64,000 nt of DNA from a bacterium (GTDB lineage Bacteria > Bacteroidota > Ignavibacteria > Ignavibacteriales > Melioribacteraceae), in contig JAZDFC010000039.1 in NCBI GenBank assembly GCA_043808235.1, forward strand, positions 71,475 through 135,474, given 5' to 3'. The notes below the pieces were generated by a model. That model did not search any database and was not told the DNA's origin. It was given only the letters and a program-made list of their open reading frames with translations. Below are positions 51,320 through 60,532 of the stretch, one piece after another. Each line of letters starts with the position of its first letter. Position 1 is the first letter of the stretch. The position numbers and the translations under genes were made by a program.

Positions 51320-51632
51320 TACAAATAAACCTCAAAATAATAATTAAAAAATTAAGCAGAAGGAGACTAATAATCCAGAATTCTTTGAATAATTTATTTA
51401 AGGTAGTAAGGTCTCGACATAAAATGCTCTCATCGATACCGATTAGAAATTTTAGAACGATTCAAATGTTCTTGAAAAAAGTTGGATTAAATTAGCGGTG
51501 ACATTTAGTCTCATATAATACTTGCATACAGTCATTTCATAAAAGCACATATTGAACAAATAGGAAAATAAAAAATTTAAGCCGAATTAAAACCTTTTTT
51601 GTGACAGCCAAGCAATAATTAATAGATAAGAT

Positions 51633-52475
51633 TCATGTTTTCCTTTTCAATTTTCGATTTGAAGCCGGCGATAAAAAATTACTGCCGCTAACAACCGGTT
51701 TGCCTGTTTTCTCCTCGAGTTCAAGCCTTGCGCCTTTGGCAATGTTGCCGCCTTTTTTGCTTGCGGTTTTATTTTCATCGAGTCCGGTTGCATCCATCGT
51801 TTCAGCGATTTGGCGTGTTGATAGTTCGGCTAATGCCGTAAAAATTAATTCCGCTTCGCTCATATGATCCCGTAAGTTTTGCGTTTTTAATCCTTTTAAA
51901 TTCTTATGTTCTTTTACTGTAATCCCCGTCCATTCTTGATGGATAATATTCGTAAGAATTGCAAATTCATCGCCTTCTTTTATTTCATGATTTTTCCAGT
52001 AATCGGTAAGTTTGTTCCTTGTTTCCTGCCCCATCATTCTTTGTTGAATCCACTTCTCGCTTCTGCCGTATTTTTTCCAATATGAACGGGCACGATTAAG
52101 AGATATTTCCGGGTCTGATATTTCTTTTATTCGTTCATATCCAACTTTTGCAAGCCACACTTTTATCGGTTCTGCTTTAGGCGAAGGTACAGATTGGACT
52201 ATTCTAAGTAAAGTTTCGGGGTCTGCTACATCCGTTAAATACCTTTTACCATCTGCCGCTATTAGTTTCAGTCGGTTACATTTTGTAACCGACTCACTTC
52301 CTTCCTTCATAAGTCGATTCTTGAGAACTTTCCAGTAATTCCTAGCTTTTTGAAAATCCGGTTGTTCGGTTAACGCCTGTATTATATCAACAACTGAAAA
52401 ATACCATACTTCTTTTTCTTCGTCGTAGTGACGGCGTATCTTGAATCTTTCGAAGATTGCCATATCTTTTTCCAT
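51633..52475 (-). CDS. dinD: DNA-damage-inducible protein D-like (Bro-N/DinD family)
   Basis: N-terminal Bro-N-like segment (KEVWYFSVVDIIQALTE); central and C-terminal regions align in pattern with E. coli DinD (...LRDHMSEAELIFTALAELSTRQ...). Its 3' end is the repeat copy B (51642..51765). Confidence 0.6.
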   Translation of the reverse strand: MEKDMAIFERFKIRRHYDEEKEVWYFSVVDIIQALTEQPDFQKARNYWKVLKNRLMKEGSESVTKCNRLKLIAADGKRYLTDVADPETLLRIVQSVPSPKAEPIKVWLAKVGYERIKEISDPEISLNRARSYWKKYGRSEKWIQQRMMGQETRNKLTDYWKNHEIKEGDEFAILTNIIHQEWTGITVKEHKNLKGLKTQNLRDHMSEAELIFTALAELSTRQIAETMDATGLDENKTASKKGGNIAKGARLELEEKTGKPVVSGSNFLSPASNRKLKRKT

Positions 52476-52758
52476 AACACTCCCCTATGTTTTATTTCAA
52501 AGTGAAGCAGAAATTATACTCGGAGGAAAAATAAAAGAAAGTAATTTCAAAAAGAAGATGAATGAACCATCAATTCCCCAGATAAGGATTCCAGTATTGA
52601 TAAAAATCAAAATTTTACGCAGAAACAAAACCTTTTTTCAAAATTATGTGTTATAGATTTAGTGAATTATAACTGTTAAATAAAATTGCTAAATTTACAA
52701 TGAACTTAGGATTGGACTACAATCCCAACAATAGATTGAAAATTACAAGGAAATAAAT

Positions 52759-55479
52759 ATGGATGAGATTAAAAAAGACGGTCGGAACGAGCTTGAAGAA
52801 TTGGAAACAAAGGAATGGTTAGAATCGCTTGAATATGTTTTGAAATCCGGCGGTCCGCAACGTGTTCGTCAATTACTTCATGATCTTGATACTTATGCGC
52901 ACGAGTCGGGAGTTGATTTGCCCTTCACGGCAAACACGCCTTATCTAAACACAATTCCCCAAAATAAGCAGCCAAACTTTCCAGGCGGAAGGGAAATTGA
53001 ACGGCGGATAAAAAGCATTATCCGGTGGAACGCAATGTCGATGGTTGTTCGCGCCAACAAAGAAGAAAACGGCATCGGCGGACACATTTCAACATACGCA
53101 TCGGCAGCAACTTTGTACGAGATTGGATTCAATCATTTCTTCCGGGGCAAAGACGGGAATCACGAAGGCGATATAATTTATTTCCAGGGACATGCGGCTC
53201 CCGGAATTTATGCCCGCGCTTTTCTCGAAGGAAGAATCACAAAAGAGCAGCTTGAAAATTTTAGAAGAGAATTAAAACCCGGTGGCGGTCTTTCGTCATA
53301 TCCGCATCCGTGGCTGATGTCTGACTTTTGGGAATTCCCAACCGTGTCTATGGGGCTTGGTCCGTTACAGGCAATTTATCAAGCAAGATTCAATCGTTAT
53401 CTCGAAGACCGCGGATTGAAAAAACCAAGCGATCAAAAAATATGGGCGTTCCTCGGCGACGGCGAAACCGATGAACCCGAAGCGCTGGGTGCAATTTCAC
53501 TCGCAGCACGCGAGAAGCTTGACAACTTAATTTTTGTTATCAACTGCAACCTTCAGCGACTTGATGGACCTGTTCGCGGAAACGGAAGTATTATCCAGGA
53601 ATTGGAAGCAATGTTCCGCGGCGCCGGATGGAATGCAATAAAAGTAATTTGGGGAAGTGATTGGGATCCTTTGATCGAGGCGGATAAAACAGGATTGCTT
53701 GCAAAAAGAATGAACGAAAGCATCGACGGAGAATCGCAAAATTATGTTACGCGCGGCGGTAAATATATTCGCGAACATTTCTTTGGTAAATATCCCGAAC
53801 TCTTGAAACTCGTTGAGAAATATTCCGACGAGCAACTTGAAAAAATGAAACGCGGCGGTCACGACCCCGAAAAAGTTTATGCCGCATATAAAGCTGCTGT
53901 TGAACACAAAGGTTCGCCGACGGTCATTTTAGCCAAGACTGTAAAAGGTTACGGGCTTGGCGAAGCAGGCGAAGGAAAAAATATTACGCATCAACAGAAA
54001 AAATTAAACGAAGAAGAACTAAAAGAATTTCGCACACGGTTTTCAATTCCGTTGAGCGATGAAGATGTGACCAAAGCCCCGTTTTATCGCCCGCCGGAAG
54101 ACTCGGCTGAAATCCGGTACATCAAAGAACGAAGAAAAATTCTTGGTGGTTATGTTCCCAAAAGAGTTGTGAAGGCTTCGCCTCTTAAAACTCCGTCGGA
54201 AGAATTATTCCATGAGTTTTTTGCCGGAACGGAAGGGCGCGAAGTTTCAACTACGATGGTTTTTGTTCGTATACTTGCAAAGCTGTTAAAGGACAAAGAA
54301 CTCGGTCATCTGATTGTGCCGATAGTTCCCGACGAAGCGCGCACATTCGGAATGGAAGCGCTGTTCCGCCAGATTGGAATTTATGCGCACACCGGTCAGC
54401 TTTACGAGCCGGTTGATAGAGATAGTTTTTTATATTATAAAGAAGCGAAGAACGGACAAATTCTTGAAGAGGGAATTACCGAAGCAGGTTCGTTTTCGTC
54501 GTTCATAGCTGCGGGTACTGCATACGCAACTTATGGAATAAACATGATTCCTTTCTTCACACTTTACTCGATGTTTGGTATGCAGAGAGTCGGCGATCTT
54601 GTTTGGGCTGCTGCCGATATGCAGACGAAAGGATTTTTCCTTGGCGCTACTGCGGGTAGAACAACTCTTGCGGGCGAAGGGCTTCAGCATCAGGATGGTA
54701 ATTCGCATTTGTTGGCTTACACTGTTCCAAATCTCGTTGCATACGATCCTGCGTTCGCATACGAGCTTGCAGTGATTATTCGGAAGGGAATCTGCCGCAT
54801 GTATGAAAAGCAGGAAAATGTTTTCTTCTATATTACAATCATGAATGAAAATTATGCGCAACCCCCGATGCCTGTTGATCCCGATGGAGGAACAGAAAAA
54901 ATTAAAGAAGGAATTCTTGCCGGTATGTATAAATTCAGAGCCGGTGAAAAAACTGCTTCAAAGAAAAACGGGAAAGAGAAAAAAGCGAAAGTGCATCTGC
55001 TTGGCAGCGGAACAATTTTGAATGAGGTTATCAAAGCGGCGGATATACTTGAAAAGGATTACAAAGTTGATGTTGATATTTGGAGCGTTACGAGTTATAA
55101 AAATCTTCATCTCGATGCACAGGAAACCGAACGATGGAATATGTTCAATCCCGACAAAGAATCGAAATTGCCTTACATCGCAGAAATCACAAAAGGCGAA
55201 ACCGGCGTGTTCGTTGCTGCCTCGGATTATATTCAATTAATGAAAGACGCGCTTGCAAAATGGCTGCCCGGACCGCTTCATTCACTTGGAACTTTTGGAT
55301 TTGGAAGAAGCGAGGGACGAGCTTCCCTGCGGGACTTTTTCGAGGTGGACGCAAAACATATTGTTTATGCTTCGCTTTATTCGTTGATGAAAGAAGGCTC
55401 CGTTAAAAAAGAAGTTGTTAAAAAAGCAATGAAGGATTTGGGAATCAATCCTGATAAACCGAATCCGATGAAATCGTAA
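52759..55479 (+). CDS. aceE: Pyruvate dehydrogenase E1 component, homodimeric type
   Basis: 906 aa; ThDP-binding GDG...N motif region (LGDGETDEPE...NCN); overall AceE layout. Confidence 0.9.
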   Translation: MDEIKKDGRNELEELETKEWLESLEYVLKSGGPQRVRQLLHDLDTYAHESGVDLPFTANTPYLNTIPQNKQPNFPGGREIERRIKSIIRWNAMSMVVRANKEENGIGGHISTYASAATLYEIGFNHFFRGKDGNHEGDIIYFQGHAAPGIYARAFLEGRITKEQLENFRRELKPGGGLSSYPHPWLMSDFWEFPTVSMGLGPLQAIYQARFNRYLEDRGLKKPSDQKIWAFLGDGETDEPEALGAISLAAREKLDNLIFVINCNLQRLDGPVRGNGSIIQELEAMFRGAGWNAIKVIWGSDWDPLIEADKTGLLAKRMNESIDGESQNYVTRGGKYIREHFFGKYPELLKLVEKYSDEQLEKMKRGGHDPEKVYAAYKAAVEHKGSPTVILAKTVKGYGLGEAGEGKNITHQQKKLNEEELKEFRTRFSIPLSDEDVTKAPFYRPPEDSAEIRYIKERRKILGGYVPKRVVKASPLKTPSEELFHEFFAGTEGREVSTTMVFVRILAKLLKDKELGHLIVPIVPDEARTFGMEALFRQIGIYAHTGQLYEPVDRDSFLYYKEAKNGQILEEGITEAGSFSSFIAAGTAYATYGINMIPFFTLYSMFGMQRVGDLVWAAADMQTKGFFLGATAGRTTLAGEGLQHQDGNSHLLAYTVPNLVAYDPAFAYELAVIIRKGICRMYEKQENVFFYITIMNENYAQPPMPVDPDGGTEKIKEGILAGMYKFRAGEKTASKKNGKEKKAKVHLLGSGTILNEVIKAADILEKDYKVDVDIWSVTSYKNLHLDAQETERWNMFNPDKESKLPYIAEITKGETGVFVAASDYIQLMKDALAKWLPGPLHSLGTFGFGRSEGRASLRDFFEVDAKHIVYASLYSLMKEGSVKKEVVKKAMKDLGINPDKPNPMKS

Positions 55480-55551
55480 AATGGTTATGAAAACAAAATG
55501 AGATTCTTCGCTCCCGCCATTGGCGGGGACTCAGAATTAATCGAGGAAAAA

Positions 55552-57228
55552 ATGATTATTGAATTCAAACTACCGGAACTTGGCGATAACATAACATCGG
55601 CAGATATTACGAGGGTTTTTGTTAAAGCCGGTGATAAAATAGAGAAGGATCAACCCGTTGTTGAAATTGAAACCGACAAAGCTTCTGTTGAAGTGCCGTC
55701 TGAAATTAGCGGAGTTGTTAAAGAGGTGTTGGTTAAAGCGGGCGATAAAACAAAATCCGGAAATGTGCTGATTAAAATTGAGTCCGTCGCTGCCGTGGCG
55801 GTTCAAGAAAAAATTGAAAATGAAAAATTGGTCGATACAATTATTACAAAGCCGGAACCGGTGAAAGTTGTTGAAACTGTTTCTGCAAACACGTCAACCG
55901 AACCGATGATTATTGAATTTAAACTGCCGGAACTCGGAGATAATATTCTCAGCGCCGATCTTACGAAGATACTTGTCTCTGCAAACGACAAGATTGAAGT
56001 TGATCAACCGCTATTCGAAATTGAAACAGACAAAGCAACCGTGGAAGTACCATCGGATGTAAATGGAATTGTAAAAAAAATTAGTGTGAAGGCGGGAGAA
56101 AAAGTTAAACCCAGTCAAACAATTTTGCTAATTGAAACAACCTCTCCCGTAATGAAAAATGGAAATGAAAAATCAATTGCTGCCGCAGTTGTTCCCGTAA
56201 AGGTGGAAGAAATAATTACAACGAAGTTGCCGGAAAAAAATGTTATCGAAGACAACACACACGCAGCGCGCCAGTTTAAAAAAGAAATCACTTCGCAGAT
56301 AGCGCCTGCCGCTCCTTCGGTAAGAAGGTTTGCACGCGAGATAGGAATTGATATTCACCAAGTGCGGGGCAGCGGACCCGGCAATAGAATTTCGATTGAA
56401 GATGTTAAAGCCTACTCAAAAAACATAAATGAACAATTGAAAACATGGATGCCGGGTCAACAGAGCGGAGCGCCAGCATCGTTTGTTGGAATTGCACGCG
56501 AAACACTTCCTGACTTTTCGAAATGGGGTGAAGTTGAACGACAGCCAATGAGCAATGTGCGCCGTAAAACAGCCGAGCATCTTTCGTATGCATGGGCGAC
56601 AATTCCGCATGTTACTCAATTCGATAAAGCCGACATTACCGAACTCGAAAAGTTGAGAAAACTCTTCGGCAAAAAGGTAGAAGACGCCGGCGGCAAATTA
56701 ACCGTAACCGGTGTTCTGCTGAAAGTTATTGCTTCGGCAATGAAAGTGTTCCCGCAGTTTAATTCCAGCGTTGATATGGAAAAGAATGAAGTTATATTTA
56801 AAAAATTTGTGAATGTCGGCATTGCGGTTGATACCGATAGAGGATTGCTCGTTCCTGTTATCCGCGATATTGATAAAAAGAACATAACCCAATTATCAAT
56901 TGAGCTCGCGGAGATTTCAAAAAAGGCGCGAGACAAAAAACTTTCGCTTGAAGATATGCAGGGCGGATGCTTTACAATCAGCAATCTTGGCGGAATAGGC
57001 GGGACATATTTTACCCCGATTGTCAATTCACCCGAAGTTGCAATACTCGGAGTTTCGCGCTCGGCATTCGAGCCTGTTTACATTGAAGGCGAATTTAAAC
57101 CGCGGTTGATGATGCCGCTCTCGTTATCGTATGATCACCGAATAATCGACGGCGCTGACGGAATTCGATTTTTACGTTGGGTAATCAATGCGCTGGAGAA
57201 TCCATTTCTGCTGAGTTTGGAAGGATAG
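55552..57228 (+). CDS. aceF: Dihydrolipoyllysine-residue acetyltransferase E2 with two lipoyl domains (the ORF-track start at 55498 is probably an in-frame extension)
   Basis: Two IETDKA(S/T)VEVPS lipoyl motifs, E3-binding segment (PSVRRFAREIGIDI), catalytic DHRIIDGA. GAGGAA RBS-like sequence before the ATG at 55552. Confidence 0.85.
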   Translation: MIIEFKLPELGDNITSADITRVFVKAGDKIEKDQPVVEIETDKASVEVPSEISGVVKEVLVKAGDKTKSGNVLIKIESVAAVAVQEKIENEKLVDTIITKPEPVKVVETVSANTSTEPMIIEFKLPELGDNILSADLTKILVSANDKIEVDQPLFEIETDKATVEVPSDVNGIVKKISVKAGEKVKPSQTILLIETTSPVMKNGNEKSIAAAVVPVKVEEIITTKLPEKNVIEDNTHAARQFKKEITSQIAPAAPSVRRFAREIGIDIHQVRGSGPGNRISIEDVKAYSKNINEQLKTWMPGQQSGAPASFVGIARETLPDFSKWGEVERQPMSNVRRKTAEHLSYAWATIPHVTQFDKADITELEKLRKLFGKKVEDAGGKLTVTGVLLKVIASAMKVFPQFNSSVDMEKNEVIFKKFVNVGIAVDTDRGLLVPVIRDIDKKNITQLSIELAEISKKARDKKLSLEDMQGGCFTISNLGGIGGTYFTPIVNSPEVAILGVSRSAFEPVYIEGEFKPRLMMPLSLSYDHRIIDGADGIRFLRWVINALENPFLLSLEG

Positions 57229-57452
57229 CTAAAAACAAGAGTAAGAATATGATCAAGAAAAAGATCAAGAAAATTTAAAATACTTTTTAAAAGAATACCT
57301 CGAACTTATTCTTACTCCTACTCATTTTCGCACTACCTCTCTCATCAATTTTATCTTTTTTCGTTTGGAATTATTAAATGCATGTTTAATAACTTTGCAT
57401 AGCGGATTAAATTCTTCCACTATTAACAAAAAATCTACAGGTAAGCCCCATC

Positions 57453-58400
57453 ATGAAAAAATACTTTCTACTGATCAATTCAATCTTGTTTATTAATGTA
57501 ATCACCAGCGCGCAAAGCTTTGTTCTCCCTCTTTGGGAATCCGATATTCCTAACAGAAGGCAAACAAACGAAGTTGAAGTACGCGACACTTCCGATGTAA
57601 TTCGAATCAGTAACGTGCAAGTACCTTCAATCACCGTTTATCTACCTTCAAAAAAAAATGCGAACGGCAAGGCAGTTGTAATTTGTCCCGGCGGTGGTTA
57701 CATGCGGCTTGCGTTTGATTATGAAGGAGACGACGTTGCCAAGTTTTTTAACTCGCACGGTTACGCGGCAGTCATTTTAAAATACCGTCTTCCGATTTCT
57801 TCAAATAATATTGTCGGACACGAATCACCTTTACTTGATGTAAAAAGAGCGATGAGGCTAACACGTTATCATTCGCACGAATGGAATTTTAAGGAAGATC
57901 AAATAGGAATTATAGGATTTTCTGCGGGCGGACATCTCGCTTCAACCCTCGGGACTCATTTCGATTTGGGATTACCCGAGGTTGTTGACCCAATCGATAA
58001 ATTCAGTTCGCGCCCGGATTTTATGATACTAATGTATCCCGTTATTACTTTCACCGATCCATTCTGTCATCAAGGTTCACGAAAAGCATTGATCGGCGAA
58101 CCGGCTGATACTGCATTGATTAACTATTATTCGAATGAATTGCAGATAAGGACCGATACACCACCAACTTTTATTGTGCATAGCTGCGACGATAAAAGTG
58201 TTCCGGTTGAGAACAGTTTGATGTTTTATAAAGCGTTGAAAGAAAAAAACATTCCAGTAGAAATGCATCTTTATCCCGAAGGTGGACACGGATATTCTCT
58301 TGCCGTAAATAAAGGACACACAGCAAAGTGGACGGAAGATTGTATCGCATGGTTAAAATGGATAGACGAAAGAAATAAACTTCCCGGTTTAATGAAATAA
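57453..58400 (+). CDS. Secreted alpha/beta-hydrolase esterase/lipase
   Basis: Signal peptide; HGGG-type oxyanion motif (CPGGGY); GFSAGGHL nucleophile elbow; HGY near the C-terminus. Confidence 0.7.
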   Translation: MKKYFLLINSILFINVITSAQSFVLPLWESDIPNRRQTNEVEVRDTSDVIRISNVQVPSITVYLPSKKNANGKAVVICPGGGYMRLAFDYEGDDVAKFFNSHGYAAVILKYRLPISSNNIVGHESPLLDVKRAMRLTRYHSHEWNFKEDQIGIIGFSAGGHLASTLGTHFDLGLPEVVDPIDKFSSRPDFMILMYPVITFTDPFCHQGSRKALIGEPADTALINYYSNELQIRTDTPPTFIVHSCDDKSVPVENSLMFYKALKEKNIPVEMHLYPEGGHGYSLAVNKGHTAKWTEDCIAWLKWIDERNKLPGLMK

Positions 58401-58573
58401 GTATAAATAGAATGTGGATCCGTCTGCCGTCAGGCAAGTTTTTATGATCGGCATTAATCTTAAGAAATCATGAAATTCAGTGTTCCATTATGGTTCTTGA
58501 AAAACTTTGTTTTATCTTTGTTCGTCATAATCGCAAACCATTTTCCTGATCAGGTAGTAATCTTTTAGATATT

Positions 58574-59749
58574 ATGGGAAGAAACATGGATGCAATAACT
58601 TATTCGCTGAAAATCGAGCAATCAAACTCGGATGCGTATTACAATACAGCACGCAATTTTACAAACGAAGTAGTCGCTCAATCCGCTGATACACTGGTGC
58701 CGCTTGTGAGTGAATACATCGAATATCTGAAATCATATCAACTCGAAGAAGTTCGCGAAGTTGAAGAATACATTCTGGAGTTAATCAGTTTTGGAATTTT
58801 ATGGAAAACATACGCTGATAAAGCTCTCGCAGTTAAGCGTGCACCGTTCGTAACAATGTCGCGTATGGGGGAATGGCGAAAGAAACATCAGAAAATCAAA
58901 CCGGCAATTGATGCAGCGCGCGGAGTTCTTATAACTCTTGTTTTGCTTCCCGAAAGGAACGGAAAACAACATATTCAAATTCCAATACTCGAGCAAGTAG
59001 ATCATTTCTGTAAATGGATGGAAGCGACCGGTGAATTCAGAGAACAAGCAATACGCTTCGTATTTTGGCGTGCTTACTGGGGGATGAAAGACGCTGCTTT
59101 TATGAAGAAGATTTTTATAACGATAAATAATTTTATTAGCTGGTTCGATATTCGTTCGAATGAGGTGCTTGGCAAATATACGGAAAATGTCAACGATTTT
59201 CTCGAATGCTCACAGAATAAATATCGTTGGCGCGAAGACCGTGTTTCTTGCACGCGCTCCCGACTCGAATATCATTTAAACATGGTTGGCGCTGAATTAA
59301 TGAATCGGGCTTTCCGAAAAGATTTTCGGAAAACAAATTTGAATGTAGTTCTTTTACCGGGTTGCATGCGAATCAATTCAAACGAAGAATGCAAAGCTAA
59401 GCGAGTTAAAGAAGGATTGATTTGCACGGGCTGCACACCTCAGTGCCGTGTAAATGGATTGAGAGAAATGGGAAAGAAAAACGATTTTGATGTATATGTC
59501 ATTCCACATGCTTCCGACCTCACACTTTGGGCGCCGCGGAAAGACAGCCCCGTGCGCGGAGTAATTGCATCGGCATGTGTTACAACTCTTGTTGAAGGCG
59601 GTTGGGAATTGAAAAGATACGGCGTACCTGCGCAGTGCGTTCTTCTTGATTATAGCGGCTGCCGGAAACATTGGTGCGCGGAAGGAATTCCAACATCGTT
59701 GAATATAAATGAGTTAAAAAGGATATTAGTCCGCGAGGCGGCAAATTAA
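58574..59749 (+). CDS. Cysteine-rich DUF116-like protein
   Basis: C-terminal half with LLPGC...C...CTGCTPQC...C...C pattern reminiscent of DUF116; weak call. Confidence 0.35.
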   Translation: MGRNMDAITYSLKIEQSNSDAYYNTARNFTNEVVAQSADTLVPLVSEYIEYLKSYQLEEVREVEEYILELISFGILWKTYADKALAVKRAPFVTMSRMGEWRKKHQKIKPAIDAARGVLITLVLLPERNGKQHIQIPILEQVDHFCKWMEATGEFREQAIRFVFWRAYWGMKDAAFMKKIFITINNFISWFDIRSNEVLGKYTENVNDFLECSQNKYRWREDRVSCTRSRLEYHLNMVGAELMNRAFRKDFRKTNLNVVLLPGCMRINSNEECKAKRVKEGLICTGCTPQCRVNGLREMGKKNDFDVYVIPHASDLTLWAPRKDSPVRGVIASACVTTLVEGGWELKRYGVPAQCVLLDYSGCRKHWCAEGIPTSLNINELKRILVREAAN

Positions 59750-59779
59750 TTTATCTTTGCAAAAAATGTTGGGACGAAA

Positions 59780-60256
59780 ATGAATCAGCAGAAGATGTTT
59801 AAATATAAAGGCGCTGAAGCGTTGATTGCACTTCATCGTTTACACATTCTTTCTTTTGTGAATACATGGAAGTCAGCGAAGGCTGCCAATATAAAGCTAC
59901 CCGAAACAGATGATGAGTGGTATGCATCTATTGATATGCTTGGAAGACACATTTTAAATTCAGCGCGTGGATACAATATTTGGATTTGCAAAAAACTTGA
60001 GCTGCCCGAACCGGAAATTATACCGGCGCCCCAGGCAGAAGAATTACCATATAAAATTGACGAATACACCGAACATTTGTTGGAGAATTGGGGACTGCAA
60101 TTATGCGATGTGCCGGAAGATAAATTTCATGGTCAGACGTACACATCCAATTGGGGAGTTGAGTATTGCGTCGATGCGATGATGGAACATGCGGTAATGC
60201 ATCCGATACGGCATGAGTTTCAGTTAATAAATTTGACAAATGCGCAGAAGAAATGA
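59780..60256 (+). CDS. DinB/YfiT-like helical-bundle protein (putative)
   Basis: 158 aa; paired His-containing helices (HRLH..., HAVMHPIRHE); low-confidence fold-level call. Confidence 0.3.
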   Translation: MNQQKMFKYKGAEALIALHRLHILSFVNTWKSAKAANIKLPETDDEWYASIDMLGRHILNSARGYNIWICKKLELPEPEIIPAPQAEELPYKIDEYTEHLLENWGLQLCDVPEDKFHGQTYTSNWGVEYCVDAMMEHAVMHPIRHEFQLINLTNAQKK

Positions 60257-60532
60257 GGATGTAAAAATATCGCCGTAGTAAATTGATAAGCTTTTATCGA
60301 AGAAGATGGTGCTATTACGTTAAGCACACAGTTGGCAGTTTGCAGACAGCAGTATAAAACTGATGAACAGATTAATTGTTAAATGGTTGTGGGCAATTAA
60401 ATCCCCAACGTGCCGAAGGATATGATTGGACAATTTTTTCATCCCCAAAGTGATGTAAAAACATTTTCGAATAATTCTAAAGTAATATTTATATTGTTAC
60501 CATAATAATTCTATTTAATTGCATTCCAGCTT

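Noticed and set aside
55498-55551. Upstream in-frame extension of aceF (MRFFAPAIGGDSELIEEK)
   Set aside because: The extension covers the GC palindrome and has no RBS. The ATG at 55552 is preceded by GAGGAA and begins exactly at the lipoyl-domain consensus, so the shorter start is preferred.
57229-57452. Long-loop inverted repeat (gagtaagaata … tattcttactc) after aceF
   Set aside because: The 11-bp stems are separated by ~50 nt, which is not a canonical intrinsic terminator. There is not enough evidence to call an sRNA.
57229-57452. Expected lpdA (E3) downstream of aceEF
   Set aside because: It is not present. The next gene is a secreted esterase, so E3 must be encoded elsewhere.
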